Part shown: in pieces, positions 49,674 to 60,010 of the stretch
How the letters are laid out: the number at the start of each line of letters is the position of its first letter
Position numbering within the stretch: position 1 is the stretch's first letter
Source of the DNA: Pseudoalteromonas luteoviolacea
GTDB lineage: Bacteria; Pseudomonadota; Gammaproteobacteria; Enterobacterales; Alteromonadaceae
NCBI RefSeq assembly: GCF_001750165.1
Contig: NZ_CP015412.1
Span: 1,143,588 to 1,207,587 of the forward strand
DNA length: 64,000 nucleotides
Reading direction: 5' to 3'
The notes under the pieces: generated by a model
Told to the model about the DNA's origin: nothing
The model's database searches: none
What the model saw: only the letters and a program-made list of their open reading frames with translations
Translations under genes and position numbers: made by a program

Positions 49674-49850
49674 ATGAAAACATTATTTCGGATCTTGATT
49701 ATCTTGGCACTGTTAATTGCTGCGCTGAGTGCATACAGCTACGGTAGTGCCCATAGTGCCTTTGTTTTTGTAGTGTTAGGGGTTGCGTTGGAAACCGCAT
49801 TTTGGCTACGCTTATTCCCTCGAAAAACCAAAAAGCGTCTTGTGAATTAA
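49674..49850 (+). CDS. small two-TM membrane protein (58 aa), hypothetical
   Basis: MKTLFRILIILALLIAALSAYSYGSAHSAFVFVVLGVALETAFWLRLFPRKTKKRLVN. Below the ORF-track cutoff. Convergent with the ECF sigma gene. Confidence 0.35.
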   Translation: MKTLFRILIILALLIAALSAYSYGSAHSAFVFVVLGVALETAFWLRLFPRKTKKRLVN

Positions 49851-49853
49851 GTA

Positions 49854-50474
49854 TTAATCCTTTGCGTTTTTGAGTATCAACTTCAAATCATTACATGGTC
49901 GTTTGTGTACTTGTTGTTTTAAATCTGACTTTAACCCACGAGAATCAAAGTCTGACTTAGGATGGTATTCAATGAGATTGCCATATTTGTCCAATTCATA
50001 TTCACAGCAAGCGTGAAACACATCATTGAGTTCCGTTCGGGCTTTTTGTACCTGCGACTTTAAAGTTGAGTAACTTATAGATAATTCTTGGGCAAGTCGT
50101 TTTTGAGTTTTGCCCTCAAGTTCAACCTCCTGTAATAAAGAGGCACTGTAGTCAGGCAGTGTTTGAATAAAAGGCTTGATGCACTGCGCCAGTTCAATTT
50201 TTATATTTCTTTGTTGAGACTCATACCATAATTGCTGAGATTGAATGTGTTTTTCTTGCCCGTTTTTTCGGTAATAGTCAATCACTGTATGGTGCGCAAT
50301 CTGAAAGAGCCACGCTTTGACACTGCTTTTTTGATTTAAACTATGCATGGCGAGGTGTGTTTTAAGCAATACATCTTGAAGTAAGTCTTCAACATCATCT
50401 GGATTAGAGACTTTGCTATGTAAAAAAGCTTTTAAGCTATTCCTATATTTTTTCCAGATTTCTTCTATCGTCAT
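49854..50474 (-). CDS. ECF-type RNA polymerase sigma-70 factor with Cys/His-containing C-terminal extension
   Basis: 206 aa. Sigma-2 region (LLQDVLLKTHLAMHSLNQKSSVKAWLFQIAHHTVIDYYRK). Sigma-4 HTH (QKRLAQELSISYSTLKSQVQKAR). About 40 extra C-terminal residues with HACC...H. Confidence 0.8.
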   Translation of the reverse strand: MTIEEIWKKYRNSLKAFLHSKVSNPDDVEDLLQDVLLKTHLAMHSLNQKSSVKAWLFQIAHHTVIDYYRKNGQEKHIQSQQLWYESQQRNIKIELAQCIKPFIQTLPDYSASLLQEVELEGKTQKRLAQELSISYSTLKSQVQKARTELNDVFHACCEYELDKYGNLIEYHPKSDFDSRGLKSDLKQQVHKRPCNDLKLILKNAKD

Positions 50475-50522
50475 TTTCTACTCTCAAAGGAGCGATAGCT
50501 AGTTTGCTATCGCTCCTTTATC

Positions 50523-51290
50523 TTAGCAGCAAGATACTTGCTTGTTTTCATTGAATGGTGCTTTTTGCTCTAGGATATCTGCCATCGCAGCGGATATTTG
50601 TGTTTGTGGCTTAGCTTGGGTTTTTCGTTCACTGTACCTATCGACTAAAAAGTCTTTATTGTCTCGGGTTAAGTAAGTAAAGCGCATCAGTTCTTCCATC
50701 ACATCGACGACTCTATCTCGATAACTGCTTGCTTTCATGGAACCATCATCATTAAATTCATTAAATGCCCTCGCTACCGATGACTGATTAGGTATGGTTA
50801 GCATACGCATCCAACGCCCTAAAATTCGCATATTATTTACCGCATTGAAGCTTTGCGAACCACCATTGACTTGCATGACAGCGAGGACTTTGCCTTGTGT
50901 AGGCCTTACAGCACCAATAGACAATGGGATCCAGTCGATTTGGTTTTTAAGTGCGGCAGACATATTGCCATGCAGTTCTGGTGAGCTCCATACTTGTGCT
51001 TCTGACCAAGTGACTAAATCTCGAAGCTCTATGACTTTGGGATGTTCGGCACTCTCACCATGATCAAATACAGGTAGACCTTGGGGGTTAAAATATCGGA
51101 CTTCTGCGCCCATGTAGGTCAGTATATTGCCCGCTTCAAAGGCTGCCTTTTTACTTATGGAGTTTGCTCTTAGCGAGCCATATAGAACCAGCACTTTTGG
51201 TTTGTGCGCGCTGGTTGTTTTTATTGGAAATTGTAAGTCGAATGTTTGAGTTTTTAGGTACTGCATTTTCACCTCCGAAATTATTAACAC
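50523..51290 (-). CDS. arsH: arsenical-resistance protein ArsH (NADPH-dependent FMN reductase family)
   Basis: 255 aa. Matches ArsH segments recalled from memory along almost the whole length ([63 protein letters not shown]). The true start may be the internal MQYLK. Confidence 0.85.
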   Translation of the reverse strand: MLIISEVKMQYLKTQTFDLQFPIKTTSAHKPKVLVLYGSLRANSISKKAAFEAGNILTYMGAEVRYFNPQGLPVFDHGESAEHPKVIELRDLVTWSEAQVWSSPELHGNMSAALKNQIDWIPLSIGAVRPTQGKVLAVMQVNGGSQSFNAVNNMRILGRWMRMLTIPNQSSVARAFNEFNDDGSMKASSYRDRVVDVMEELMRFTYLTRDNKDFLVDRYSERKTQAKPQTQISAAMADILEQKAPFNENKQVSCC

Positions 51291-51444
51291 ATATAAGACG
51301 GGGGAGTTTTAGAAAAGACGAAAATATTAGTTCTAATCAGGAAAATATCAGTATATACATTTTGTTTTCTTTTGATTCTTATTTTGATAGCATTTTTGCG
51401 TAATTTTAAATCACGAAAATTATTAAAATAAGGAAAGACAAATA

Positions 51445-51654
51445 ATGATTAAAACAACACTGGTAGCATTAGCAGCCATCGTGACACTTTCACTACCTAC
51501 TTTTTCTACAGCTCAAGAAGCCACTTATGTTGTATGCTATAAAAATGGTTCATTCTTGTGGTATGAGGAGGCATATAGTGATGGCTCTATCAATAGCGCA
51601 TACTTTCGTTGTACTAATGAAGGTGGCACTCCACGTGTTTTCGGTGGTAGATAA
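51445..51654 (+). CDS. small secreted protein, hypothetical
   Basis: 69 aa. Signal peptide. Two Cys in the mature part. Confidence 0.35.
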   Translation: MIKTTLVALAAIVTLSLPTFSTAQEATYVVCYKNGSFLWYEEAYSDGSINSAYFRCTNEGGTPRVFGGR

Positions 51655-51875
51655 TAAGGGCGAAATAGTTAACTACTATTAAACTTACTTATGAAAAATA
51701 GGGCCATCCAATTGTGGCTCTTTTTACTTTAAAATCCTCATACGTTTGTTGATGCTTCACATAGGCTAATTTCTTGTAATCTAGTTTAATATCCACCCTT
51801 ACTGCGTTATGGTGTATTTGCAAGCACGGTACTGATCGTATTTTTTTGTCTGTACGTATCGGGTAATAAACATGA

Positions 51876-52271
51876 GTGAGAAACATGACTAAATTAACGA
51901 TATTTTATGATGGTACTTGCCCACTTTGCGTAAAAGAGATGATGGCGTTGACCAAACGTGATAAGTCAGCACAAATTAAAACAGTCGACATTCACAATGA
52001 TGAATTTATCAACTATCCACATATAGACCCCAATCAAGCCAACTTGATTTTACATGCGCTTGACGAGCAAGACGGCTTGTTGCTGGGCTTAGATGTCACA
52101 CACCGAGCATGGCAACTGGTAGGTATGGGGTGGCTGTATGCACCACTTCGTTGGCCTTTAATTAAACCAATGGCGGATAAGCTTTATTTATTGTTTGCAA
52201 AAAATCGTTATCGAATCTCGTACTTACTGACAGGCAAGGCGCGTTGTGAAAGTGGTGCGTGCCGTCGTTAA
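51876..52271 (+). CDS. thiol-disulfide oxidoreductase DCC family protein (DUF393)
   Basis: 131 aa. N-terminal IFYDGTCPLC motif typical of DUF393. Confidence 0.7.
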   Translation: MRNMTKLTIFYDGTCPLCVKEMMALTKRDKSAQIKTVDIHNDEFINYPHIDPNQANLILHALDEQDGLLLGLDVTHRAWQLVGMGWLYAPLRWPLIKPMADKLYLLFAKNRYRISYLLTGKARCESGACRR

Positions 52272-52769
52272 GAGACTTCAATCAAGGAAGGTTAAGGCAT
52301 AATAAATCATTCAGGCTCGTTTTCAAAATGTGATTGATAGCGTATACAAAGTAGCTTGTTTCAGTTTGTTATCTTGGGCTTTTATATTGTAGTGTTTGAT
52401 GTGCGTGTAAATCAGGAACAAATATATGTAGCCTTCGCGTTCGTTGTTTTATTATCTCGATTCCTCCTATTTGGTGACGTATATTTAACACGGTTCAAAG
52501 TAAAGTAGCTGAACACCGAGTCAAACTGAGTAATTACAGTTTGATTTGCTCCGATTAGGTGAGGTATACACATTATATTGCCCTGAAATTATTGAATTTA
52601 AAGTGAAATATGGCTTGCTTGGGAAATATTTTAGTACCACAGATAAGTCAAAAAGTAACACTTGTTTTGGTTACTATGTTTTCAACACTCAGCAAAAATA
52701 GTACATCACTGCTTATATACAGGGTACAGTGCAAACTTAAAAGCCTAATTTATATAGATAAGTTTTAAG

Positions 52770-53906
52770 GTGAGGAAAAAATCACAGGTATTATCAGTCG
52801 AGTATGCTTTACTTTTCAGACCAAAATTATCATTGCCTCAATCTATGAACGAAAAGTACTATTCATTTTTACTCGCATCTATTTGCTTGGTTATACTGCA
52901 AGCTTGTTCGGTGAATGCAACGCAAGGCGCAGCTTCTGAGCCAAAAAATATCCATTGGCAACCGCAGACAAAGTTACCCACACCACTTCAAGAAGTATAC
53001 CCAGCTGTTTTTGATGAAAAAATATATGTGGCTGGCGCTTTTGAACAAAGCGCGCATGAGCACGCAGTACTTGCTCATTTGGCGGCCTCAAAGAGTACCT
53101 ATGTGTATCATGAGCAGTCGAAAAAGTGGACGCGTGGTCCTGTATTACCGGAATCTCGACACCATTTAGGGCTGATAGCCAGCGACAATGTGCTCTATGC
53201 AATAGGCGGGTTTAATGCAACATCACAGAATGCATGGCAAGTAAAGCGAACTGTTTTTACATTGCAAAAAGGCCGTGGTACATGGGGAGTTGGCCCACAT
53301 TTACCGATACCTATGGGGGAATCTGTTTATGGTGTGATCAATGGCTATGTGCATGTTGCTGGTGGTCGCACTTTGATAAACGGTAAATTGAGTGACACAA
53401 ATGCGCATTGGGTACTCAAAGCAGGCCGGTGGCAGCAAGCTGCACCTTTACCGATAGCAAGTAATTCAGCGACATCAGTGGTGATTAACGATCAATGGTA
53501 TGTGATGGGTGGCCGTGTTAATGCACTCGATTTTAAAAATCTCGATAATTTATGGCGATATGACGTCAAGCAAGATAGCTGGGAGCGCCTTGCAAACATG
53601 CCTCAGGCCAGTGCAGGGCTCGCTAGTGCAGTTTTTAATGGCCAAATCTATGTATTTGGTGGTGAAGAGTATACATACACCATGAACATTCAGGGAGAAC
53701 GAGAAATGAAAACACGTACCTTTGATGGTATTTGGCGTTACGATCCGGATTCCAACCTCTGGCACACTGAACCTTCTAAAATGACATCGACGCGTCATGG
53801 GCTTGGTGCGGTAAGTACAAATAATCATATCTACTTGCTCGGCGGAGCAAAACAAGCGGGGGCAACGGGCACCTCCGCCACATTTGAGCGCATGTCGTTA
53901 CAATAG
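52770..53906 (+). CDS. Kelch-repeat beta-propeller protein (NanM/galactose-oxidase-like), secreted
   Basis: 378 aa. Repeated blades (YAIGGFN, YVAGGRT, YVMGGRV, YVFGGEE, YLLGGAK). Signal peptide is evident from the internal start MNEKYYSF... Confidence 0.65.
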   Translation: MRKKSQVLSVEYALLFRPKLSLPQSMNEKYYSFLLASICLVILQACSVNATQGAASEPKNIHWQPQTKLPTPLQEVYPAVFDEKIYVAGAFEQSAHEHAVLAHLAASKSTYVYHEQSKKWTRGPVLPESRHHLGLIASDNVLYAIGGFNATSQNAWQVKRTVFTLQKGRGTWGVGPHLPIPMGESVYGVINGYVHVAGGRTLINGKLSDTNAHWVLKAGRWQQAAPLPIASNSATSVVINDQWYVMGGRVNALDFKNLDNLWRYDVKQDSWERLANMPQASAGLASAVFNGQIYVFGGEEYTYTMNIQGEREMKTRTFDGIWRYDPDSNLWHTEPSKMTSTRHGLGAVSTNNHIYLLGGAKQAGATGTSATFERMSLQ

Positions 53907-53926
53907 AAAACAGAGCATGGATTGCG

Positions 53927-54325
53927 CTATTGTCTAATATTCGCTATCAGATCTTTTAATAATGCTGCCCGATCGCTTTGTGCACGCTCGACTAGCTGCG
54001 TTGGTATATTTAGATTTGAAGCGTGTTTCGCGCTCCAAAGTATCATTTCTAACAGAGTCGGCATTAAATCGATGCCAGGCTCTGTGAGCTGATATACCTT
54101 TTTTCGCTTATCTTTCTCATCAGGTAGTTTTTTGATGAGCCCTTGCTTTTCTAACTTCTCTAAGCGACTGGATAGAATGTTGGTAGCCATCTTTTCTTCA
54201 GAGTTTTGTAGTTCAGAGTAAGAATGTTTAGCAAAAAACATCAGATCTCTGATGATCAGTAAACTCCATTTATCCCCAACAATATCAAGCAAATTAGAGA
54301 TAGGGCAGTCAGAACGTTTGGTCAT
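53927..54325 (-). CDS. HxlR family winged-helix transcriptional regulator
   Basis: 132 aa. CPISNLLDIVGDKWSLLIIRDLMF and YSELQ match the HxlR signature. Divergent from the NTF2-like gene. Confidence 0.8.
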   Translation of the reverse strand: MTKRSDCPISNLLDIVGDKWSLLIIRDLMFFAKHSYSELQNSEEKMATNILSSRLEKLEKQGLIKKLPDEKDKRKKVYQLTEPGIDLMPTLLEMILWSAKHASNLNIPTQLVERAQSDRAALLKDLIANIRQ

Positions 54326-54458
54326 AATACGTCTCTTTGTTCGATATGCTTACATGATAATTCACTTGCATTTTGCAATCAAATAATTTAACTTGCATTT
54401 TAAAAGTGAAATTCAAGGCTTTGATAGCCTTAGTTGAATCAAGTTTTAAGGGCAAACA

Positions 54459-54938
54459 ATGAGTACACCACAGATCAATTTACAAGCACTAACTCAATCT
54501 CACTGGCAAGCAGAAGAACTGGGTAATGCCCAAGCTGTAGCTGAATTTGTGCAGTTACTGATGAACGATCACAACTTTGACGAAGTAATCGCACGCTTTG
54601 GAAATGACCAATACAAGCAGCACAACCGTACCATGGCGGATGGTATCGCTGGTGTGGTAAAAACGCTTAAAGACTTTGTGAAATTAGCGCCTGAATTTAG
54701 TTATGACGTCAAACGTATGTTTGTTGATGGTGAACAAGTGATCATTCATTCTCATGCGACATTAAAAGAAAAGCATCGTGGTGATGATACGAAAGGCATG
54801 AACATTATAGATACATGGACTGTGCGAGATGGTAGGTTGGTAGAGCACTGGGATGCGATACAGCCATTAGATATGTCAATGCGACTGTATAACTTGTTTA
54901 TGGGCGGTAAAGTTAACAATGCGAATGGGGTCTTTTAA
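54459..54938 (+). CDS. NTF2-like/SnoaL-like protein (putative ester cyclase family)
   Basis: 159 aa. Alpha+beta cone-like fold inferred from pattern. Typical partner of HxlR regulators. Confidence 0.45.
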   Translation: MSTPQINLQALTQSHWQAEELGNAQAVAEFVQLLMNDHNFDEVIARFGNDQYKQHNRTMADGIAGVVKTLKDFVKLAPEFSYDVKRMFVDGEQVIIHSHATLKEKHRGDDTKGMNIIDTWTVRDGRLVEHWDAIQPLDMSMRLYNLFMGGKVNNANGVF

Positions 54939-55010
54939 CTTCTGTTTAAGCGGATCAATAAGCCCACTTTTATTCGCTAAAGTGGGCAAGAGCTGTCGTC
55001 TTTCGTAGAG

Positions 55011-55544
55011 TTAGCTCGGTTTATGTACTGCCTGATTTATCTCAATTTTATGGCAGGTTTTGCCATAGCCTAGCGCATATTTGAGCGTTGGAAATACGCG
55101 ATAGGTGCTGATACTAAAGCTTAGTGTGATTAGCCCTTGTTGGCCCCAAAGCAAAACTATTTGTGCCTTGAGGTCATCAGCATCAGGGTCATGGGCAAGC
55201 ACCAGCTCGGTAAAGCGCATTGTAAGCGCCACTTCTTTAGGTACTTTGTTTTGTTGGTTTTTTATAATACGTTCAATCAGTGCCGCATCTAATCCAGCTT
55301 CTAATGCCATATTGACAGCAAGCTGTATACAGGGCCCGCAATCTTCCTTGATAAGTGTACGTATGCGTGCAGCAAATAATGGGGCAATGGGTACCTGTGC
55401 GCTATGGGATGACATACTGGTAAAACCCCAATATTTGAAAAAAGCGGCCAAATTAGATTGCAAAATATCTTCCATATATTGCACATCATAATCGTACCTC
55501 GACTTCATATCTTGTATCTGTTTATTAAGCAAAAACCTGATCAT
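55011..55544 (-). CDS. hypothetical protein (possible AhpD/carboxymuconolactone-decarboxylase-like fold)
   Basis: 177 aa. Contains CGPC. Assignment weak. Confidence 0.3.
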   Translation of the reverse strand: MIRFLLNKQIQDMKSRYDYDVQYMEDILQSNLAAFFKYWGFTSMSSHSAQVPIAPLFAARIRTLIKEDCGPCIQLAVNMALEAGLDAALIERIIKNQQNKVPKEVALTMRFTELVLAHDPDADDLKAQIVLLWGQQGLITLSFSISTYRVFPTLKYALGYGKTCHKIEINQAVHKPS

Positions 55545-55558
55545 GATACTTCCTTTTA

Positions 55559-56761
55559 TTACTTAGCTTGTGTGGCAAGAGTGGGAGTAGATTGCCTCTT
55601 TGCAGGAGGCGCTGTTTTGAGCGGCATATATAAAATGACTGCACAAAGCGCAAATAACGACGCACAGACCGTGAGCATCAGGCTATAGTCACTTGGTTTT
55701 ATTAAAAATGCGGCTAGCATAGGCCCTGATGCCATCGCAATAGAGGATACGAGTGAACTTATAGTAGATAGTCGTCCACTGAGGCTGATATCGGCAATCG
55801 CCGCAAATAAAAAGGATTGCACTGTGGGCCAGGCGAAGAAGAACAAAGCCAGTGCGACAATATAGGCAGTTATGGATATGGTTGGTTGGAGTAATATGAG
55901 CACTGCAACGAGACATAATGAAATGCTGATTATGGTCAGTGGTCGTCTTTTAATCAATGGCACTTGTATCATGGGAATGATAGCGCCGAGCAAACCTAAT
56001 AAGCCTGTAAAGGCGATATATGTACTCACTTGCGTTTCATTTAGGTTCGCTCTCATACCAATTAAACCAACATAAGCATAAAGAGCGCTGGCTGCGGTTA
56101 AAAAAATAAAGATACCTAACATGATCGTCATTGATAGGCTAAGGGAGCCTATCTTTGTATGGCTTTGTTGTGACTGTGTGTAAGTTGGAAATCGCCCAGA
56201 AGGAATATTTATCGCCATAAAAATACTCATGATTGCTATTGCTGCCATGACATAAAATACAGCATATGAACCAAAGGTAGCTTCTAGCAAGGGCAGTGCG
56301 TACATGACCAATGCGCCGATAATAAATTGAATAAATAACAAAAAGCCAAAAGCCCGATTCGTATTATGCATTTTTGCAAGTACAGAAAATGACACACCAA
56401 CGGCCAGCCCGCCTGCAAAGCCTGCGGCAAATCTCAGCACTAACATGGTATCAAAGCTAATCATGGCGGGAGTGGTCAACTCAAAAATCAGCAGTACAGA
56501 CATGGCACTGATAATCGACGGTTTCCAATGTATATATTTCACGCTAAAGATGGCCAGCGCAGTGCCAAATAAAGCGCCATACCCATTGAGTGCAGCAATT
56601 TGGCCTGCTTGGCTTTCTGTATATCCTAAGCCATTTACTAGGACATTTATTAATCCCGGTAGAAAATTAATATAAGAGAGCCCTGACATCGCAATAAAAG
56701 CCACTGCAAAATATAGCAGCATCGGTTGTTTGTCAGGTGTATTCTCGTTGAGTTGTCGCAA
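55559..56761 (-). CDS. MFS transporter
   Basis: 400 aa, about 12 TM helices with an MFS 6+6 layout. Confidence 0.8.
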   Translation of the reverse strand: MRQLNENTPDKQPMLLYFAVAFIAMSGLSYINFLPGLINVLVNGLGYTESQAGQIAALNGYGALFGTALAIFSVKYIHWKPSIISAMSVLLIFELTTPAMISFDTMLVLRFAAGFAGGLAVGVSFSVLAKMHNTNRAFGFLLFIQFIIGALVMYALPLLEATFGSYAVFYVMAAIAIMSIFMAINIPSGRFPTYTQSQQSHTKIGSLSLSMTIMLGIFIFLTAASALYAYVGLIGMRANLNETQVSTYIAFTGLLGLLGAIIPMIQVPLIKRRPLTIISISLCLVAVLILLQPTISITAYIVALALFFFAWPTVQSFLFAAIADISLSGRLSTISSLVSSIAMASGPMLAAFLIKPSDYSLMLTVCASLFALCAVILYMPLKTAPPAKRQSTPTLATQAK

Positions 56762-56913
56762 AACTTAGCCTCCAAAATAGTACTTAAAAATGGTTAGCTC
56801 AGTGTATGAAGACACCACTTACGGAAAAATAGTAAAAATTACAGTTCAGCCATGAATATAATTCACGGATTAAACTGGTATATTTGAGTGAAAAATAATA
56901 AAGGAAATATCAA

Positions 56914-57864
56914 ATGGATAAGCTAAGAGCAATGGAGCTATTTATTGCGACTTGTGAAGCTGGGAGTTTTGCTGCGGCTTCTGCATCCTGTAATACAGAC
57001 CCATCTGCAGTGAGTAAAGCAATTAGTCGTTTGGAGACTCAGCTTCAAGTGACTTTGATCCAGCGTTCGACCAGGCAGTTGAGTGTCACCGATGCAGGTA
57101 AGCAATATTTGTCTACTGCTCGAAAGTTGTTACAGGAACTCTCTGCATGTGAAGGTGAGATTAAACATCTCAATGACTCGCCAAGCGGGGTGTTAAAGAT
57201 CAATGCCGCAGTGTGTTATGGCCATTTGTATTTACGGCCTATATTGGCTGCGTTTTGTGCGCGTTATCCCGATATTAAACTCGACTTGCAACTTAATGAT
57301 TTGCACACAGATGTCATTGATAATGGGGTAGATATTGCCATTCGAACTGGGTATGTGAAAGACAGTCGGTTGGTAGCTAAGAGACTCAGCCCGATGGACT
57401 TTTTCGTCTGTGCATCACCGGAATATTTAGCGAAAAATGGCACGCCTGTGCTGCGAGATAATTTCAAAGTACATCGGTGGATTGGGTTTCGTATAAAAGA
57501 AACCCAGCAACTGCAGCCAGTTTATTTACCTGATGAGCAAGGTGAGTATACACTGTACGACCTTGAAGCTAGTCACATTACGGATGATGGTGAAATGATG
57601 GTGGCAATGTGTGAGGATGGGGTAGGGTTTGCGCAACTCCCACACTTTTTAGCAAAAGCAGGCTTAGAGTCAGGTAAGCTTATCTCTGTTTACCCTTACT
57701 TTAGGCCACCACAAATAGAAAATGGGGTATTTGCAATTTACCCCAAACGGACCTATTTACCGGCAAAAGTGCGCGTCTTTCTTTCATTCTTAACGGATGA
57801 ACTTGAAAAGCATAAAGAAAGTGCTTATCAGACATGGGCTGAGCAAGTCGTCTGTGTACGATGA
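56914..57864 (+). CDS. LysR family transcriptional regulator
   Basis: 316 aa. N-terminal LysR HTH (MDKLRAMELFIATCEAGSFAAASA) and a substrate-binding domain. Divergent from the MFS gene. Confidence 0.85.
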   Translation: MDKLRAMELFIATCEAGSFAAASASCNTDPSAVSKAISRLETQLQVTLIQRSTRQLSVTDAGKQYLSTARKLLQELSACEGEIKHLNDSPSGVLKINAAVCYGHLYLRPILAAFCARYPDIKLDLQLNDLHTDVIDNGVDIAIRTGYVKDSRLVAKRLSPMDFFVCASPEYLAKNGTPVLRDNFKVHRWIGFRIKETQQLQPVYLPDEQGEYTLYDLEASHITDDGEMMVAMCEDGVGFAQLPHFLAKAGLESGKLISVYPYFRPPQIENGVFAIYPKRTYLPAKVRVFLSFLTDELEKHKESAYQTWAEQVVCVR

Positions 57865-57880
57865 CGAACACCTCTGTTAT

Positions 57881-58597
57881 TTACTCTACTTCTAAATCAA
57901 ACACGGCATTGACTGACACAGAGAATGTAATGGTTGCTTGTAAATAGCGCCCAGTGGATAAATAGGCGCTGTCAATCTGCGAGCCAGTTACTTCTATGCG
58001 CTCAATACCGTATTGGTATCTAGAACCATGTGCGCTGGGATCGATGCTATAGATTTGGCCAAGTTTCGCGCCAAAAGCCTCAGCATACATATTTGCTTTA
58101 TTTCTTGCGTTACGAACCGCTCGCATGGTTGCTTTTTGTCGGTATTGGGACGATTTTGATGATCTGAATTTGATGTCTTCTATTGTGTCTATTTTAACAC
58201 TCAAGGCAAAATTGAGAAAATCATTGAGTTTATCTATGTCTGTGAGCGTGATAATGATTGAACGAGTGGCGATATAACCTGACTCTATTGGGTTGTCCTC
58301 ATCATCATAAATAATATGAGGCTCAGTCAATAAACTAGACGCTGAGACATGTTCATCTTGAATATCAAATGTATTTAACCCTTCTAATAAAGCATTGACC
58401 CGTTTATCTAGTTCTTGTTTTGCCGCCAAAGTGGTGCTTTTCATGACTTCAACTTCAAAAGAGATGTCAGCTAAGTCGGGCTTTGCTTCAACTGTTGCAC
58501 TGCCTTGTATACTTACATGCCTATTGTCGGGCAGAGGAGAGTTGGCATACACCGACATAGTGCAAAGATAGATAAGTGAAAAGTAAATGGGTTTCAT
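57881..58597 (-). CDS. SIMPL domain protein (DUF541/BP26-like periplasmic protein)
   Basis: 238 aa. Signal peptide. SIMPL-type segments (SIQGSATVEAKPDLADISFEV). Confidence 0.65.
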   Translation of the reverse strand: MKPIYFSLIYLCTMSVYANSPLPDNRHVSIQGSATVEAKPDLADISFEVEVMKSTTLAAKQELDKRVNALLEGLNTFDIQDEHVSASSLLTEPHIIYDDEDNPIESGYIATRSIIITLTDIDKLNDFLNFALSVKIDTIEDIKFRSSKSSQYRQKATMRAVRNARNKANMYAEAFGAKLGQIYSIDPSAHGSRYQYGIERIEVTGSQIDSAYLSTGRYLQATITFSVSVNAVFDLEVE

Positions 58598-58702
58598 TGT
58601 CGTTCCATTATTATTATTTTGCTATCAAATTAGCATGGTTTAAAAACAAAGGTAATGAAATTAATGTACTTTTTTGACCAGTCACTCTTGATTAATAACC
58701 TG

Positions 58703-59940
58703 TTATAAAATGGATTTATATAACCCTTTAATTAAGTTCTGTTGTCGTTTACCGCAGAGGCTTTTGTCGTGTTTATTTGGGGTATGAAAAGACTCGGTCA
58801 CATATGCAAAAGCAAGTTTTGATTCGGGATCGGCAAACCCGATTGAACCGCCCATATCCATATGACCAAATACCGCTAAGTTGGGCCCCAATGGGCAAAA
58901 ATCTGGGGAGTTGAGCATCATACCGGCGCCCATACGCCATTGTTTTTGAGTTGCCATTTCTTTCCCTGCAAAACTCAGTTGCATCATTGTTTTAATCTGA
59001 GGCTGCGGCAGGAGTGTTTGGCCTTGTAAAGTACCGCAACTGGCTAAAAAGCATACATTTTTGCAAGCCCCAAAGCTGATGCATGACCAGTCACCGCAGG
59101 AATCTCACTGTTGTGCCAAGCCAATGAATTTGGGTGATAGTGTTCGCTACAGGTTCTAAAATACTGGTTTTTCCAAAAAGGAATATAAGGCAGCCAGCGA
59201 GACATCAATGTTAGTCCAAAACGAGAAAAGGCTGGGCTTGGTTTTATATCTCGATGCGGATGGTTTGCCTGTCTTGTTAGTGCGCAATCAATATCAAATG
59301 GCTGTGCAATTTCCTGCTCAAAGTAAGTGCTTGGCATACGACCGTCCACACGGCGTAATACTTCACCTAAAATATGAGCGTAAGTAAGGGCATGATATAC
59401 GAGCTTTTGTCCTGCGGGAAAAATAGGCTTGGCTGATTCCAGGTTGCTAATCGATGCTTGCCAATCAAAGATATCATGGGGTTTTCCCGTTGAGTGGCAA
59501 GGTAGTCCTGCGCTGTGGTTGAGCACAGCAGCAATGGTGATATGTGCTTTGTTGTGTTTTGCAAACCAGGGCCAGTAACGACAAATTGGGGCATCTAACT
59601 CGATTTGCCGATTGGCAGCTAATTTGTGGATACAGATAGCCAGCATTGCTTTTGAGCAAGACATTACACTGACTCTGTGATTTGCTTGCCAAGGTGAAGT
59701 GAGTGCGTTGTTGCTATATAAGTTAACCACTAATTGTCCGTTGTGATAAACACAGATCTCAGCGCCAGTTTCGTGATGTTGTGTGAAGTTATGTACAAAA
59801 GCATTTTTGAGCGGCTTAAATCGCTTTAAAACCGTACCTTTAATTTCTGGTGTTTTGCTGTCGTCATTGTTATTAACTGGAGTAAAGTTGTTCATCATTT
59901 GTGGTTTGTATTGAGAGTACGTGTTGTATTGAACACACAT
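58703..59940 (-). pseudogene. beta-lactamase-family serine hydrolase (class C/esterase-like) split by a frameshift at an A5 run (59046-59050)
   Basis: The upstream ORF (59940..59044) carries the S-x-x-K active site (MSCSKAM) and ends ...GLAKMYAF*. The downstream ORF (58987..58703) is in another frame and carries the family C-terminus (GGSIGFADPESKLAFAYV). Adding one T/A in the homopolymer restores a continuous ~410-aa reading frame. Confidence 0.6.
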
Positions 59941-60010
59941 TTTTACTTATATCTCAGAGCAAGCAGAGCACGACAAGGAGTTATTTTGTCACTGAATGGA
60001 GTATTGAATA

